In this document: piece by piece, positions 1 through 12,675 of the stretch | How positions within the stretch are numbered: the stretch's first letter is position 1 | How the letters are laid out: each line of letters opens with the position of its first letter | Source: Leidyana gryllorum EB-2025a | Lineage: Eukaryota; Protista; Apicomplexa | Direction: 5' to 3' | Length of the DNA stretch: 64,000 bases | Assembly: GCA_048772705.1 (NCBI GenBank) | Contig: JBLWGC010000230.1 | Span: 1,662,051 to 1,726,050 of the forward strand | Notes under the pieces: model-generated | Seen by the model: only the letters and a program-made list of their open reading frames with translations | Database searches by the model: none | Told to the model about the DNA's origin: nothing | Translations under genes and position numbers: made by a program

Positions 1-3000
1 GATCCTTCTTCTCCCGTCCCCACTACCCAACTCCTCGACCACCGGTCCAATCTCATCATCACTGGAGATGATTTGACAGTTGAGATGCGGTGTCTGGGGG
101 ACAATGGGTCATCACCCTGGCAGCGGCCCACCCCTCTCCGGATGTACACCCGTCGGATGATTTTTGCTGCGTCCTCTCCCCCGGCGGCAGCCAAACAACA
201 ACAGCCCGCGACTGCTTCCCAGCAGCAACAAGACACCACTTTATCTGCGCAGTCGGATGGGGAGAGCCGCTTATTCCTCCCGTCATCGATCCTCAATCGG
301 TTCCGCAGCAAGGTGCCCCGAGAGGCAGCGCTGGAGGCCCAGAGGGCACTGCTCCGCAAGAGCGCTCCGAAATTCGCCACTTTGATGTCGGCCGCCGCAC
401 TCAATTGCAACAAGGATTCTTTGTTTATTGCTGAGAGCGTTTTCACGGGCATTCGAAGAACGAAGAACATCTTCAAAGTCCAAACTCGCAAGACTGGGAT
501 AGCAATGTTCAACACTGAAAACGGTGACCTCGAGGGAACTCTCTTTTATGACGAGAGTGACACCAAACGGGTCAGACAGTACCACTATATTGTCACTGTC
601 CTATGTCCCCACCCGTGGCTGCCCTCTGTGGTGCTCATCGCAGACCATCAGGGCTATCTGGCTGTCGCGGATGTGCGAGCGGGATGCTTTATATGGGAAG
701 GTGTCCTCCCGAACTCAGAGTGGACCTGTGCCGCCTGGCATCCCTGCGGTCTGGAGTTCACAGCGGGACAGTTGCTGGGAACATTCAGCATTTTCTCGGT
801 GTTCAAAGGGACCATAAGTTCTCTGAAACCCCCCCCTCCTCCGAGTCCGGTTATCAAGACGCCAATCATTGAGGTCCACACCATCGATTCTTCCAACGAA
901 GATGAAAATGACGACGCTGAATCGCAGATCCCTCTCGACACATCGAGCGGCCTCCCTTCTCCCTCCACCTCACAAAATCAGACTCCTCTGTCTGCTCAAA
1001 CCATCACTCTGGGTGGAGGTCTCGGCTTCCCGTCCAACCCCCGCTTCTGTTCCACTCCGCTGATTCAATTCATGAATCTCGACTTCACACCAATGGTGGA
1101 GGTCTCCCTGGAGCGTACGGTCCGATCACTCCAAGACAGAGCTCGCCGCCACACACAGTCGGGAGGCCGTTTCTTTGGTGCTCTCTACGATCACCACTAT
1201 AGTCGTCAACCGCATGAAGTGTATCGGGAGCTACAAATCGTCAGCCACGACCGTCAAGCCTTCTGTACTCTCCCAGTACCCCCTGCTGCCTTTCAGGGCG
1301 TCTTTCTGGCACGAACACTCTTCAGCTCGGCTATGCGGTTATTGTTGCCGCTCCTTAGAGATTTGGTAAGTAAACTACTGCTTGATACTTGAAAGTTCCC
1401 CCCCTGTCTCCTTCCCTCCCCCCCTCGATCACTTCTTTTCTTTTCTCAGCGTCAGAGCACCGACAGGTTGCTGGTGACCCCCGAGGGGGAGCTGGTTGTG
1501 TGTGTACCTCTACCGAGACATCGGCCGTATCTATTTCCCCAATTCGTATCTCCTGCATTTGGTGGCCCGATGATCACCGATCCAGTACGGATCGAACAGG
1601 GAGGGGCTAATGCCCCGGCGGCTATGGAAGAAGTCAATGATAATGACTGGGAGGGAGGAGATAGCGATTCTTCCAGTGCGAGTGCCCGCACCCCTCTCTC
1701 TAGCGAGAGCTCCAGCGACTCTGCCATCATCGAAGATGACGAGGGAGGCGCTTCGCCCCCGACGGCCGCTCAAACGGACCGCCGGCGACTGCGACGCTCG
1801 GGCCCCGCCAGAGCCACTCGGTCCTCCAACCGAGCAGCAACCCTGCAGATAGAAGACGACGACTCGGGGGACGACGAGGAAGAGGAAGACGAGGAAGAAG
1901 AAGACGACGACTCTGGCGATGACGAGGAGGAGGAGGAGGACGACGACGAGGACAACGCAATGGAAGAGGAAATGGCGTATATGGAAGAGGCGGACTCGGA
2001 AGCGGGTATGGGAGAGTCGTCAGATTCAGGGGCGAGTCAATCGAGTAGCAACGAAGCGCGAGGCGGGGGCAGGGGAGGTCACCACTTCGGTCAGCTCATA
2101 CAGGAATTCCAAGCGTTGGATGAAATAGATTTTCGAGCAATGCCCTTTGAGCCGTGTGAAGTGCCGTTACAAACTGTCAGTGCCTACTCCATCTTGACAA
2201 AGATGGCAATGCTGATGGTTTCGATCGTCTTTGAGCCAACCGGTACAGATTACATATCGAAAATTGCTTCGGGGATTCTGAAACGAACACTAACGGAGAT
2301 CAGTGTTGATGCGGCCGACGGCATAAACGACCTCGCTGTGGCCCTCACAGCTTGGAGTGAGACTGTTGGGCTCGAGCATCTCGGCCACGAGCAGTGGTTG
2401 GAGGGACTGAGATTGATGCAGGGGTCGATTCAGGCGGCAGACGAACAAACGCGTCCCGTCGTTGCAGAATCGCGCAATCTGTGTTTGATCTGCAACAAGA
2501 AAGGGATTGAGCCCAAAGGCATCGTGAGTCGACTCATTCTACAACGATTCATGGAGAGTCCCCGACGCACGGAACTGTTGGTGTCGGTCGAACACGAAAG
2601 ACATATGACGGGACGACGAATCACACGGAGAACAGCTCAAGAACACCCGAGTTTGTTAGTTGCTCTCTTGACGCAGTACATCGCGAGCCTCGCCACAGCC
2701 ACAACCACAACAGTGGAACCCAATCAATACACCTCCGATCAGTCAATATGTCCAGAAGATCGAGGCTTAGAGCTTTTAGGACCTTTTCGGAGTTGTGATC
2801 ACTCGCAAGCCGCAAGTCACGTCAAGCACCAATTCTATCTGCATCGCTGTTGTCTAAAGGGACTGAGTCCGTCTGCCCCCGTCGCCCTCAAAGGAGCTCT
2901 CTTAACACCTTTCACAGCCGCCGATTTGGACCGATTATTGAGATTGCGACACGGAAACGGACGGTCCCGAGTATACAGACGCAACTCGTTGGGAGCCGGT

Positions 3001-5089
3001 GGTACCGGAGGCGGTCAGGTGGCTGACGCCCTCTGTACTGTCTGTGGAGACGACTTTGCCTTCTCCCAGTGTCTCTTCTGTACCTCACCGTTTCATCTGA
3101 GCTGTGCCCTCCGTACTGCAAAGACATCGTCTCCAGTCAAAACGTGCCGTCCAGCAAGAGCACTCGGCGGCCAAGAGTTTGTGGCGCTCTCAAACAGCGT
3201 CGTGTGCAACAAGTAAGTCAATATCTCACTGTTTCCGACCCATGTGTGTGTGTGTTTCCTTTCCGCTCAGCTGCGTTCGGAAGCACAGTTGGCCGTTGAT
3301 GACTCACGGAGGCAATGCAGCCTCACTACAGACCAATCCGCGCTTAAGGGAGTTCAGAACCGAGCGTGTGCAACTGGGCGACATTGTACGAATCCAGGCC
3401 AAACAAGATCCTTCATCGCTGATTTGCGTCGAGGGAATGTTCGATGCGGCTGTGGTGGACATGCAGTGGCGCTATGGCGTGTACCAATTTGATCCTGAGA
3501 CCATACATCAGGCAATGAAAAATGTAGCCCGACGCTTGCCTTCAATGACAGGTGGATCTTCTTCCAGCTCCAGCCGACGGCGAGCAGCCCAACCAGTGAC
3601 TGAGCATCAAAAGAGGGGCGTCTTATGTCAGCTGATGACAATGTTGGCTCCAGAAGACGCATTCCAATGTGTCACCTCGACACTCGAGGCTCATCTAACA
3701 CTGTTGGTGCTGCCACCCCATCAACGAGCGGGTACGTGGTTTGATTTCTTGGATTTACGCCTTGTGGACTTTGACATCTGCTCTCTGTTTCTTTTTCAGG
3801 GGAACTCATATACTACACCTGCAATGAGGGATTGTTGGACACTTCCCGAATGTCAATTCTCGGTGCTGTGTGGGACGAATGTCAGTACTACACAACGCAC
3901 CCCTCTTTGCCCACCAGTGTTCGGACTCGACTGACTGAGGCGAATAGAAAAGGGTTGGGGGCCGTTGGGTCATCAAAATCTATTCTGGCTGATCACGATG
4001 CAGTCCCAGTACCCTCTTCCCTCTCTCCGCTGTTGCCTTTGATTCTCTTCCACATAAAGTGCCATCAAACCTCCGGTGATGGGTCCAGTCACTATGCGAC
4101 CAGACGGAGCTCGACAACGCTACCCGTTAACGGCGGCGACATCACACTCCGACAACGACTCTCGTCTGCAGGGTCCTCGTCCTGCAAACTGCGGGGAGAA
4201 CAGCTTTTGCTGTCGCTTCGGGCAATAAGCACTCTTATGGTGTTGTCCGAAGCTGCTGTCCCCAAACTAGGGAGTGCCTTGGGTCAAGTTACACCGGTTT
4301 TGGGGGATGAGGTGTCCACTGCTGTCGCTGCTAAAGAGCTGTTGGCTGCCGCCTCTGGAACGGACGATCGACTGGCCGAACAGTGGGCAGACATCGCCCG
4401 CACCATAGAGTCGGAGCCTCCCGTCTATGGTGCCTTCTTAAGCGATGTCCCTCTACCCCCTCGATCCGTTCTTGATCGATGGGCCAACGCCCCACTCTCA
4501 CGGGCCTCTCAAAGGAATGTTCGCAACTTTGAGATACCACAACTGGAAAGTGGTGTTCCTGCGTGGTTGCCTTCATACGCCACAGAAGTTGCCCACCCCG
4601 TCGCTCTCGCAACGCTCTATGATCGCCTCAAAGAAGGGTGAGTTAACAGCTGAGAGTATATTCTGACTGTTTTTTCTGTGCTTCAAAATCAGGCGATATC
4701 GGGACGAGGTGGCATTCTTAGCTGAGTTGGAGATATTGGTCAATAACGCTGTGTACTTCAATGGAGATGAGGATAGGGTGGCACAGTTGGCCGTCAATTT
4801 ACAAACAGAGTTCCACCTCCTGGCCCGCCCAGACAGTGCCGTCATCCCCAGCTTCCATCATCGCCTCATGGACAGGATAAACGAGCAATTTTGCTTCGGA
4901 AGCTGCGCTCTGGAAGCCATCCTTGTCAACATCCAGGCCTTGACGCCTTCTGATGCCGCTGATCTTCTTGAGTTAAGCTGCCATGGAACCCCTCCAAATA
5001 TCAGCGAAGGGCTCACAAGAAGGAGTAATTCGGATGATGAGGAGTCTCCAGCCGTATTGCGTACACGACGGCGACGAGCACCACGGTGA
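1..5089 (+). CDS. WD40 / PHD-like / bromodomain protein (BRWD/PHIP-like architecture), 5'-partial, multi-exon
   Basis: ORFs 73-1392, 1468-3216, 3104-3934, 3832-4641 and 4709-5089 can be joined across GT..AG introns. WD-like segments (LIADHQGYLAVADV; WTCAAWHPCG), acidic linker, PHD-like CTVCG..CLFCTSPFHLSC, C-terminal bromodomain (YATEVAHPVALATLYDRLKEG|RYRDEVAFLAELEILVNNAVYFNG). Confidence 0.65.
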
Positions 5090-5103
5090 CCACCACTTCT
5101 TCA

Positions 5104-6305
5104 TCAAGAATTCTCTTGCTGGTGGTGAGGCTGCTGCTGCTGTTGCTGCTGCTGATCAACTGACTTGAACCACGGATCAGCGATGCAATGACGTCGCTTC
5201 GAGGGATCTTCCCGATCAGGTAGAAGAATCAACAACCGCTGCGAGAACAAGCATTGCAAACAGGCACGAATGGACGCGCGCGCACGCTCAAACTAACCTT
5301 AGACACATTGTTTGCCAAACGGGCTCTTCCGACAATCTCTTGGAATGTTTTATCGATCCCGTTTCCGATTACCAGATAGCTGAAAAGAAGCTGCTTAGTT
5401 AGGTTGCACAACATTAGAGATCATTACGTCGAATGTGTGAGATCTGGATCCATCGTATAATAAGCGCATCTCGCCCCAAAAAGGCCACCTGGCCTTACTA
5501 TCCAGCATCTTTCAGTTGGACGACAGCCATCATCCATGCTCGTTATGGAAACTGTCGCCTCCACACGATCAAGTCCCACAGCCCAACGATAGATTTGAAG
5601 GGTTTCTTGAAAATCATTAGCCTTTACGAAAGGCATAGACCAAGTCCGAACATTCGAAATACTTGCACACAGATGCTCATCATTTACTTCAACTGTAAAC
5701 GCTTTGCCTCTCACAGGTGCAGGAAAAGCTGCCGCTACCATCTTTCTGAGATCGGGGGGAACTGTTAGGCCATCTTCAGTGACCAGAGCTTGTAGTGTTA
5801 GCAGCTCGAAGGCATCAAGTGTCACCTGCACCTGATCGATGGCGGGTGGTGGCACCCAAGAAAGATAGCCTAACGCCAATAAAAGTTGCACCAGTGCTGC
5901 ACATCCCTCATTTTCCCCCCACTGCTCGCGTGTGCCACTTGGCTCGAAGTTTAACCCTTTAACTGCATAGCATCCGCTTGGGGTAAGTGACCACAACATG
6001 AATTTTTTCCATCCAGCTGACTCAGTAGATGGATTAAAGAGGATTTTCAGGATTGTGCACCATGTCTGTATGTTTCGGTGCCGGTGTCTCCGAAACAAAC
6101 ATGCACGGCATGTCTTCCAGCAATCCTGCCCCGGACCCTGTGCAACAAAGCACCTCAGATGACTCTAATCAGGGCCCTAGCCGTCTGTTGGGGCACCCTG
6201 GGGTATTACGTGTTGAATTAAAGGCCTTGAAGGCCCGGCAGCAGCCAAGGAAGCATCATCAGCCTGCATTTGCGGGGCCTTTATTGAAAAGCTCTCCTTC
6301 GCCAT
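5104..6305 (-). CDS. tRNA-splicing endonuclease catalytic subunit (Sen34/Sen2-like)
   Basis: ORF 5424-6098 spliced to two downstream exons gives WIVRPGGLFGARCAYYTMDPDLTHST|YLVI...EIVGRARLANNVSK|RLLIL. This matches the G-x-FG..Y..DP...H...R.A..V.K motif with the Tyr/His/Lys triad. Poly-Q tail, TGA at 5104-5106. Start uncertain (6269 or 6305). Confidence 0.7.
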
Positions 6306-7044
6306 CAGCTTTACCCATGCCTGTCTTTGTGAAGAATATGCGATCAGGCAACGGGTAGCGCGAGTGATAGCGTTATCGTCATTGGAGAAAGGTCACGAGA
6401 AGACCATCATTACCCCATAACTGCCTGCCCATCTATTGATCAACGCGGCAGAGACGTTTTCTCACAGGCGGCGGGGTTCGCTTCTTTGTTCGTGTGTGTG
6501 AAAAGTGAGAGCAATCGACGACGCGCACAAACTTCTTAAGTCATCAAGTCATCGACGCAGTATCGTTGCTATTCTTCGATTTCGAGAAGAAGTGAAGCTT
6601 AGCCGTGTCCAATCCCTCGCTGCTTACACTGTATCGCTGCTATCTGTCTGTCAGTCTGTCCGGTGGTTTATTTTTCAGTTCCTCGGTGTCGTATGAACCC
6701 AAGGAGAGTCGCAAGCGGCTACCGTCAGTTGTCGAGACGGGCCTTACTACCTGTTTGAGATTACTGCGCTGTAATAATAACAAGCGCAATTGAGTCAACA
6801 AATGGACTCAGTTTCGATTTCTCAATCACACAGTATGACTCAAATATGTAAAGGGTGTTCATCAAATAGTCAGGTAGGTTTGCACGCTAGCGATGAGAGT
6901 GAGCGGTTTGCGGGTCTCCGATGAGGAAGCAGAACCTTGTAGAGGTAACGGGTTGGTGATCGCAGAAGAGTAGACAACGATCGATCCGAAACCGTTCCCC
7001 GTTGGCCCCGTGGCCTCACGAGGTAGTTGAGGAATGACAGCTTC

Positions 7045-7727
7045 TTATCTACGGGGTCTGATGGTCGCGTTGGGGATTTCAGTGTTGCGGGCAACGTCAT
7101 TCAATGATGATTCGGTGCTGGGAGCACTTGAGCTTCCGGGAACATTGGTTGGAGTGCCAGGAGTTCTGACAGAGGCGAGACGCTTCTCTTCACTAGGGAG
7201 AGGCAATGAGGGTGATGGCGGGTCGAACTTACGTGACAATCTGTCTCCAGAGCGAAGAAATCACTTGCGAGAGTCTGAGGTAGACGCACCACAGTATGAC
7301 AGAGAGGAAGCAGATGAAGAAATTGCGTTCAGCTCTCCACTTATTGGCTTTTAGACGGTCCTCCACCTCCGCAGTAGCCAAAACGCCCCCGGATTCCATA
7401 TGTTCTTGAAAGGCGGACAGTTTGGAGCTCGCGTGATTGAGGTATCCGACCTGGAATTGTTGATAGAGAGGCGTAGGGGTTAGATGATGGCCTACTTGAA
7501 TAACGAATCGCAAGATGCAGAAGGCCATGAAGATAGTATTGATAGGTAGCTTAACTTTGCCCATCGCGACAGTTTGCTGCGAAGGAAGGTGGTAGATGGT
7601 GATCAAAAGTGGTGAGCATTACTTGGCCGGTGGCTATTGCCCATCTTTGGCAGATTCTTATGCCACTCAAGAGCAGGATGATGCCCAAGGCAGCTCCACT
7701 GGGTAGGAAAAAGACTTCGAACATCAT
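7045..7727 (-). CDS. BAP29/BAP31-like ER membrane protein, 4 exons
   Basis: Three hydrophobic segments and KWRAERNFFI (cf. BAP31 FRAQRNLYI). Introns begin GTAATG, GTAGGC and GTAAGT. Confidence 0.7.
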
Positions 7728-7897
7728 AGTTGGCGGTTTAAAATAATTGGAGTTTGTGACCAATAATGTCTGCTTCACTGCATCGTGCTATATTGACTGG
7801 CAACCCAGCCCGTCAGTCCTCCAACCATTTGAATCGATCTACCTGTGGTAGCGGTCCGGATGTTGGATCATATCTCCGTGTCGCTTCTGCTACTGCT

Positions 7898-9361
7898 ATG
7901 ACTGATCAGCATGATACAAAGGAGGCTGGCGTGACTGCGGATTTGCGTCTGCGTTTCGCTAATGCGACTGAGATGGCGACTTTTCTCGAAGAGCATCCCC
8001 GTATCCGACTTTTGGATGTCTGTTTCTCTGACCCCCTGGGTGCCTGGCATCACTGTACTCTCACAACCGATCACGTAGATTTCAAAGGACTCAACGAAGG
8101 CTTCGGCTTCGATGCTTCCAGTATTGCCATGTTCGAACGAATCGAAAACTCTGATTATGTGATGCGCCCGGACCCTTCGACATGCTGGTTGGACCCCTTC
8201 GCCAAATTCCCTACTCTGCATGTCACTGCCTCCATCTTCACCGCCGAAGGACTCCCGTACGATAAATGCCCTCGTCAAATCCTTGTTCGAGCTCAAAGTC
8301 TCCTGCGGGAATTGGGCATTGCTGACGAAGCCTACTTTGGACCTGAAGCTGAATTCTTCCTCTTCAACTGTGCCAGATGGTCCATGGACGCTCACAATAC
8401 CTTCTTCAGTGTCGATGGAGAGGAGGCTCACTGGAATCACGCCCAAGAACAGAATTTGGCCCATCGTGCTAACCTTAAGGGAGGCTATATGACTAGCCGA
8501 CCTGTCGATAAGAATGCTGATATTCGTAGCGAAATGTTGATCACCCTCGAGCAATTGGGTATAAGGTCCGAGAAACACCATCATGAGGTAGCCACCTGCC
8601 AAATGGAAATCAATATTCGGGCGGCTGGTGTTGTTGAATGTGCTGATAACCTGCAAAGACTAAAATACATAGTCAAGAATGTTGCTGCGCGTCACAACAA
8701 GACCGCTACGTTCATGCCTAAGCCTTTGGCAAATGATAATGGTTCGGGAATGCACTGTAATCAAAGTTTGTGGAAAGAAGGTGTCAATCTATTCTATGAT
8801 CCCGATGGCAAATTCCATGAGATGAGCCAAATTGGACTGTGGTACATGGCAGGCATTCTTAAACACTGCAGATCCTTGCTTGCCATTGCTTGCCCCACCA
8901 CAAACTCTTATAGAAGGCTTGTTCCTGATTTCGAAGCGCCAGTACATATTACCTATTCCGCCGGAAACAGATCCACCGCCATCCGCGTACCCACATTCTG
9001 TTCACCCAAAACTAAAAGAATTGAGTTCCGTATGCCAGATGCGTCCTGCTGTCCTTACCTGGCGTTTGCTGCAATGATGCTCGCTGGTATCGACGGGATT
9101 CTCAATCAAACGGAATTGCCTGTCATGGGGGAAGGCAACCTCTTCGACCCTGCTAACCCGATCCTTCCGCTGATAGAGAGGTCGCCGTATGAGTTGTCTG
9201 AAGCACTAGATGCTTTGGAGGCCGATCATCAATATTTGCTGCGCGGTGACATCTTCACACCGAAGTTCATCAATAGCTATATTGCCTATAAGCGCAAAGA
9301 GGTTGCGGCGCTCCGATGTTCCCCCCACCCACGCGAATTCATGCTTCACTATGGCTGTTAG
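7898..9361 (+). CDS. glnA: Glutamine synthetase type I (bacterial GlnA-like), intronless
   Basis: FDASSI, FGPEAEFFLF, EKHHHEVA, ATFMPKP..DNGSGMH, NSYRRLVP.FEAP, NRSTAIRVP, RIEFRMPD. The ORF opens at 7766; 7898 is the more likely start. Confidence 0.95.
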   Translation: MTDQHDTKEAGVTADLRLRFANATEMATFLEEHPRIRLLDVCFSDPLGAWHHCTLTTDHVDFKGLNEGFGFDASSIAMFERIENSDYVMRPDPSTCWLDPFAKFPTLHVTASIFTAEGLPYDKCPRQILVRAQSLLRELGIADEAYFGPEAEFFLFNCARWSMDAHNTFFSVDGEEAHWNHAQEQNLAHRANLKGGYMTSRPVDKNADIRSEMLITLEQLGIRSEKHHHEVATCQMEINIRAAGVVECADNLQRLKYIVKNVAARHNKTATFMPKPLANDNGSGMHCNQSLWKEGVNLFYDPDGKFHEMSQIGLWYMAGILKHCRSLLAIACPTTNSYRRLVPDFEAPVHITYSAGNRSTAIRVPTFCSPKTKRIEFRMPDASCCPYLAFAAMMLAGIDGILNQTELPVMGEGNLFDPANPILPLIERSPYELSEALDALEADHQYLLRGDIFTPKFINSYIAYKRKEVAALRCSPHPREFMLHYGC

Positions 9362-9380
9362 CACACACGTGTGCTCGGTC

Positions 9381-9814
9381 ATGAAGCTAGCGATCAGTCT
9401 TGCTTTTTGCTCTGTGATTACGTCTGGAGCCCAGAAAAAGTCGGGCGACGGAGGCTCCATTTTGTCAGATCTTGTTGGATTACCGCCGAACGTCGCACTC
9501 AAAGTCACTCCAGACCAACGTACGTCTATCTCATCAAAAACCTAGATCATTCCCATCGTTGTTGATAGCTGTCCAATTAACAGCTTATGATATGAACAGT
9601 CTGTTGGAGACGGTGCACCACGAAATTCGCAAACTCACAGAAATGGCAGAAGATCGATATGCTGCCGTTCTGCGGGAAGCCCAGAAGACAGGAAATGGTA
9701 AGTGTCTGACAGATGAAAAAAGCCAGATCTAATTGTGCAGTTTGGGCTCTTCACAATGCACCCATCTATATTCCGAACGCTGTCAGTTTCCTCAACAGAG
9801 TGACGGAAAAGTGA
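9381..9814 (+). CDS. Small secreted hypothetical protein (113 aa, 3 exons); not in the ORF track as a whole
   Basis: Exons 9381-9519, 9569-9697 and 9741-9814 with phase-compatible introns GTACGT..TAG (49 nt) and GTAAGT..CAG (43 nt). Signal-peptide-like start MKLAISLAFCSVITSGA. Confidence 0.65.
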
Positions 9815-9819
9815 CGTCT

Positions 9820-11214
9820 TCAAATGTCCAGTTCGACAACACACCCTTCCTTTGCGGCACATGCCATATCAGCTTCGACTGCTGGTGAGGATGCCGACCA
9901 CGTGAAGATGCTCTCCCTGTTCCAGTGCGTCCCACTCAGACTCTGAGGGAAGGACAGTGAATTAGACCGGTGACCTTCTCACCTCCAGATCGTGTGTCAC
10001 TCGGCAACTGATGGCACACCCAATCCACGATGCTTGCACTGCAGGCACTGGCAATGTCCGGAATACTATATCGCCAGTTGCCAGCTTTTTCAAATCGGGA
10101 TGATGTGATAAAACATCGCTGCGGATCAATGTCGCAGCCGGCTCATATATTCAATACTCACTAGAACTCCAGTGCAAGCCGTTCTTTTAGCCCCAGCGTG
10201 TCCGCTGCTCCACCAGTCAGAATGATATTTTGCAGAACGAGCCGCCGGACATCCATTTCAATGCCCTCGAGAGATCTGTGCATGTAATGAGAAGGGCCTT
10301 ATTCTCTTTTACACTGACTTGATCATAAGCTCTTGTACTGTGGGTTTCGTCTTGTAAGCTTCGAGGATCTCTTGCTCATCTCCAAGATGCTTGTCGTTGA
10401 AAAGAGGTTCAAAACAACGCCACCTTCGGAGGCGATTTGATGAGCAGTTGGTCAAAAGCAGCGTACCGGGCATCTGGATCAACTTTGGGAAGTCCGGTGA
10501 TCTCGTGTGGAGCTTTGGTATAGAGCTCGAGACCCTTGCAGCGGAACCTGACATATCCCAGGGCCGAAATCAGGTCTGGTGAGGATTCGATCTTCGCGTG
10601 TGGGGATCAGATGACGAGTTTGACAGGACTCACTGGGAATTTGGAGAGTTTTGCAAACTGTTTGTGAACGTCCTCCAGGCCTCGTCCATAGACTTCTCTG
10701 TAGGCGAGACTGATGACCGAGCCATGGGCAACGGGTTGTACACGGATGTGATTGTGGCCGAAATCAACGACAAGACCGGAGATGAGGCCGGTGCAATACA
10801 AGGCGAGAGGCAAAGCAGGAGCGATGTGTATCTTGGCGACGCCATAACGTTCGAAGAATATGTCACACATGGCTTCTCTAGTGATAATGAGGAAGCGATC
10901 GAGAGCATAGTCTACCTGGCTGGGAGGGGTAGGCTGGGTGTTTCAATCAGAACAAGAAGAGCATTGGTGAAGGAGGCTTCGGCAAATGCGCAGACGAGTT
11001 TATCAACTAAAGGGCGCAGCATCTCTCTCCATTCATCGCGTGGTGGAAATACATCGATATGGTCAAAACTCTGCTTGTGGACTGTACTGAGGCCTTCAGA
11101 TAGTACGACTCTAGGACTGCGCTCTCCTCCGAATCCTGCGCGGCACCAGACTGCTCCGAAGTGCACCAGGAGAGGAGTGGATGCTGGATCGTATATCAGA
11201 GGGTCCATGGCCAT
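9820..11214 (-). CDS. Actin-related protein (divergent, possibly Arp10/11-like), multi-exon
   Basis: LVHFGAVWCRAGFGGERSPRVV, LVLIETP, LYCTGLISGLVVDFGHNHIRVQPV, NIILTGGA and ASWIGCAI are actin-fold motifs. Stop TGA at 9820-9822. Confidence 0.8.
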
Positions 11215-11249
11215 GTTGATTTTTTTGGGCTGAAGTAGAGACTAATTAG

Positions 11250-12675
11250 ATGAGGGTGGACCCCTGGAGATTCTGGAGAGACCAGCTGGGCGCTCCGCGC
11301 TATGTGTTGGCGCCAATGGTAAACCAGAGCGAATTTCACTTCCGGATGTTGGTGAAACGGTATAACTGTCACATGACGTACACGCCCATGCTCCATGCCC
11401 GGTGAGTTAGTTAGTTGGTGAGGTGTCCAGACGTGTGCAGGTTGTTCTTGGAGGATCCGAAGTATCGTGAAAAGTTCATGCCGAGTCTCCATGTTGAGAA
11501 GGGGGCACTTATTGCTCAGTTCTGCGCCAATGATCCGGAAATGTTGGTTCAAAGCGCGAATTTATTGGCCGACCGCGTTGATGCGGTAGACATCAACTGC
11601 GGGTGTCCGCAAGGAATAGCTAGACGGGGGAATTACGGGGCTTATCTGCTGAACGATCCGGATACCATAGTGTGAGTGGCGGTGTCGATGACACCGAAAG
11701 ACGTTTCTTTGTCTGCAGAGCAATGGTAGCCGCTTGTGCGGAGAGGCTCTCGTGCCCGATTTTTGTCAAGATTCGTGTGATTGATCTTGAGGATTTGACG
11801 AGTACCATAGAATTGGCTCAGCGGTGCGAAGCCGCCGGGGCCGCTGCGATGTGTATCCATGGAAGGACACCCTCGATGAAAGGGCAATTCACAGGTCCTC
11901 CAGATTGGGATGCTATCAAGATCTTAGTGAACGTTCTAAGAATACCCGTGATTGCGAATGGAGGAGTTAGAAGTCGTGAAGACGCTGATAAGCTCCTTGC
12001 AGTGACTGGGGCCGCGGCCGTTATGTCAGCTGAAGGGCTGCTCGAGGATCCCAGTTTGTTCGCAAGCGAGAGGGCAGACGTCGACGACCTTATGGTTGAA
12101 CTCTGTGATTTATACCGACAGTAAGCGGACCTTTGCCAGAGCTCAATTCTCACTTTTCTCTTTGTCTATATAGATATCCGCATCGCGAGTTCTTGCCTTG
12201 CCTCAAGGCTCATCTGTTTCACGCTTTGCATACTGGTCTGCAAGTACATACGGATTTGCGTGCTGCATTGGCTGAGGCGAAGACTCTGGATGACTATACG
12301 TCGATAGCTAACAACATGCGGGACAGACGACGAGGTTTACCGAAATCAATGAAGTTGGGATGGTATATGCGACATCGGAAGCCCCTTATTAAGAGTGGTT
12401 GTGAAGACGAGTGTCATGTGGAATTGTCCACAACGACCTCTTCCACCAATAATCAACATGGAGATTCAGAACCACTTTTTGGGGCGCTGGGCTTCCGACT
12501 CCGTTTAGCTCTTCTTAGACATATCCGGGGGGGGCTAATCTTTCTCACAACTACAGCTTGGAGATGGAGTAAAAGTGTGGTCTCAACCATCTTCACCTCT
12601 GTCGTCCCGATGGGATTTAGTTCCACGCCAGATGATCTCACTGATCGCCAAAGGAGGGAACCTGATGATAGATAG
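11250..12675 (+). CDS. DUS1: tRNA-dihydrouridine synthase (Dus1-like), 4 exons
   Basis: YVLAPMVNQSEFHFRMLV..YTPMLHAR, LIAQFCANDP, VDINCGCPQGIARRGNYGAYL, IHGRT, PVIANGGV, VMSAEGLLEDP. Confidence 0.9.

Noticed and set aside
6830-6880. SECIS-like ATGA...AAA pattern
   Set aside because: There is no complementary helix II or correctly placed GA, and no upstream UGA-containing ORF.
7868-8656. Long antisense ORFs (also 13276-14052, 55184-56077, 58812-59471)
   Set aside because: They are shadow ORFs from codon bias of strongly supported sense genes and show no motifs.
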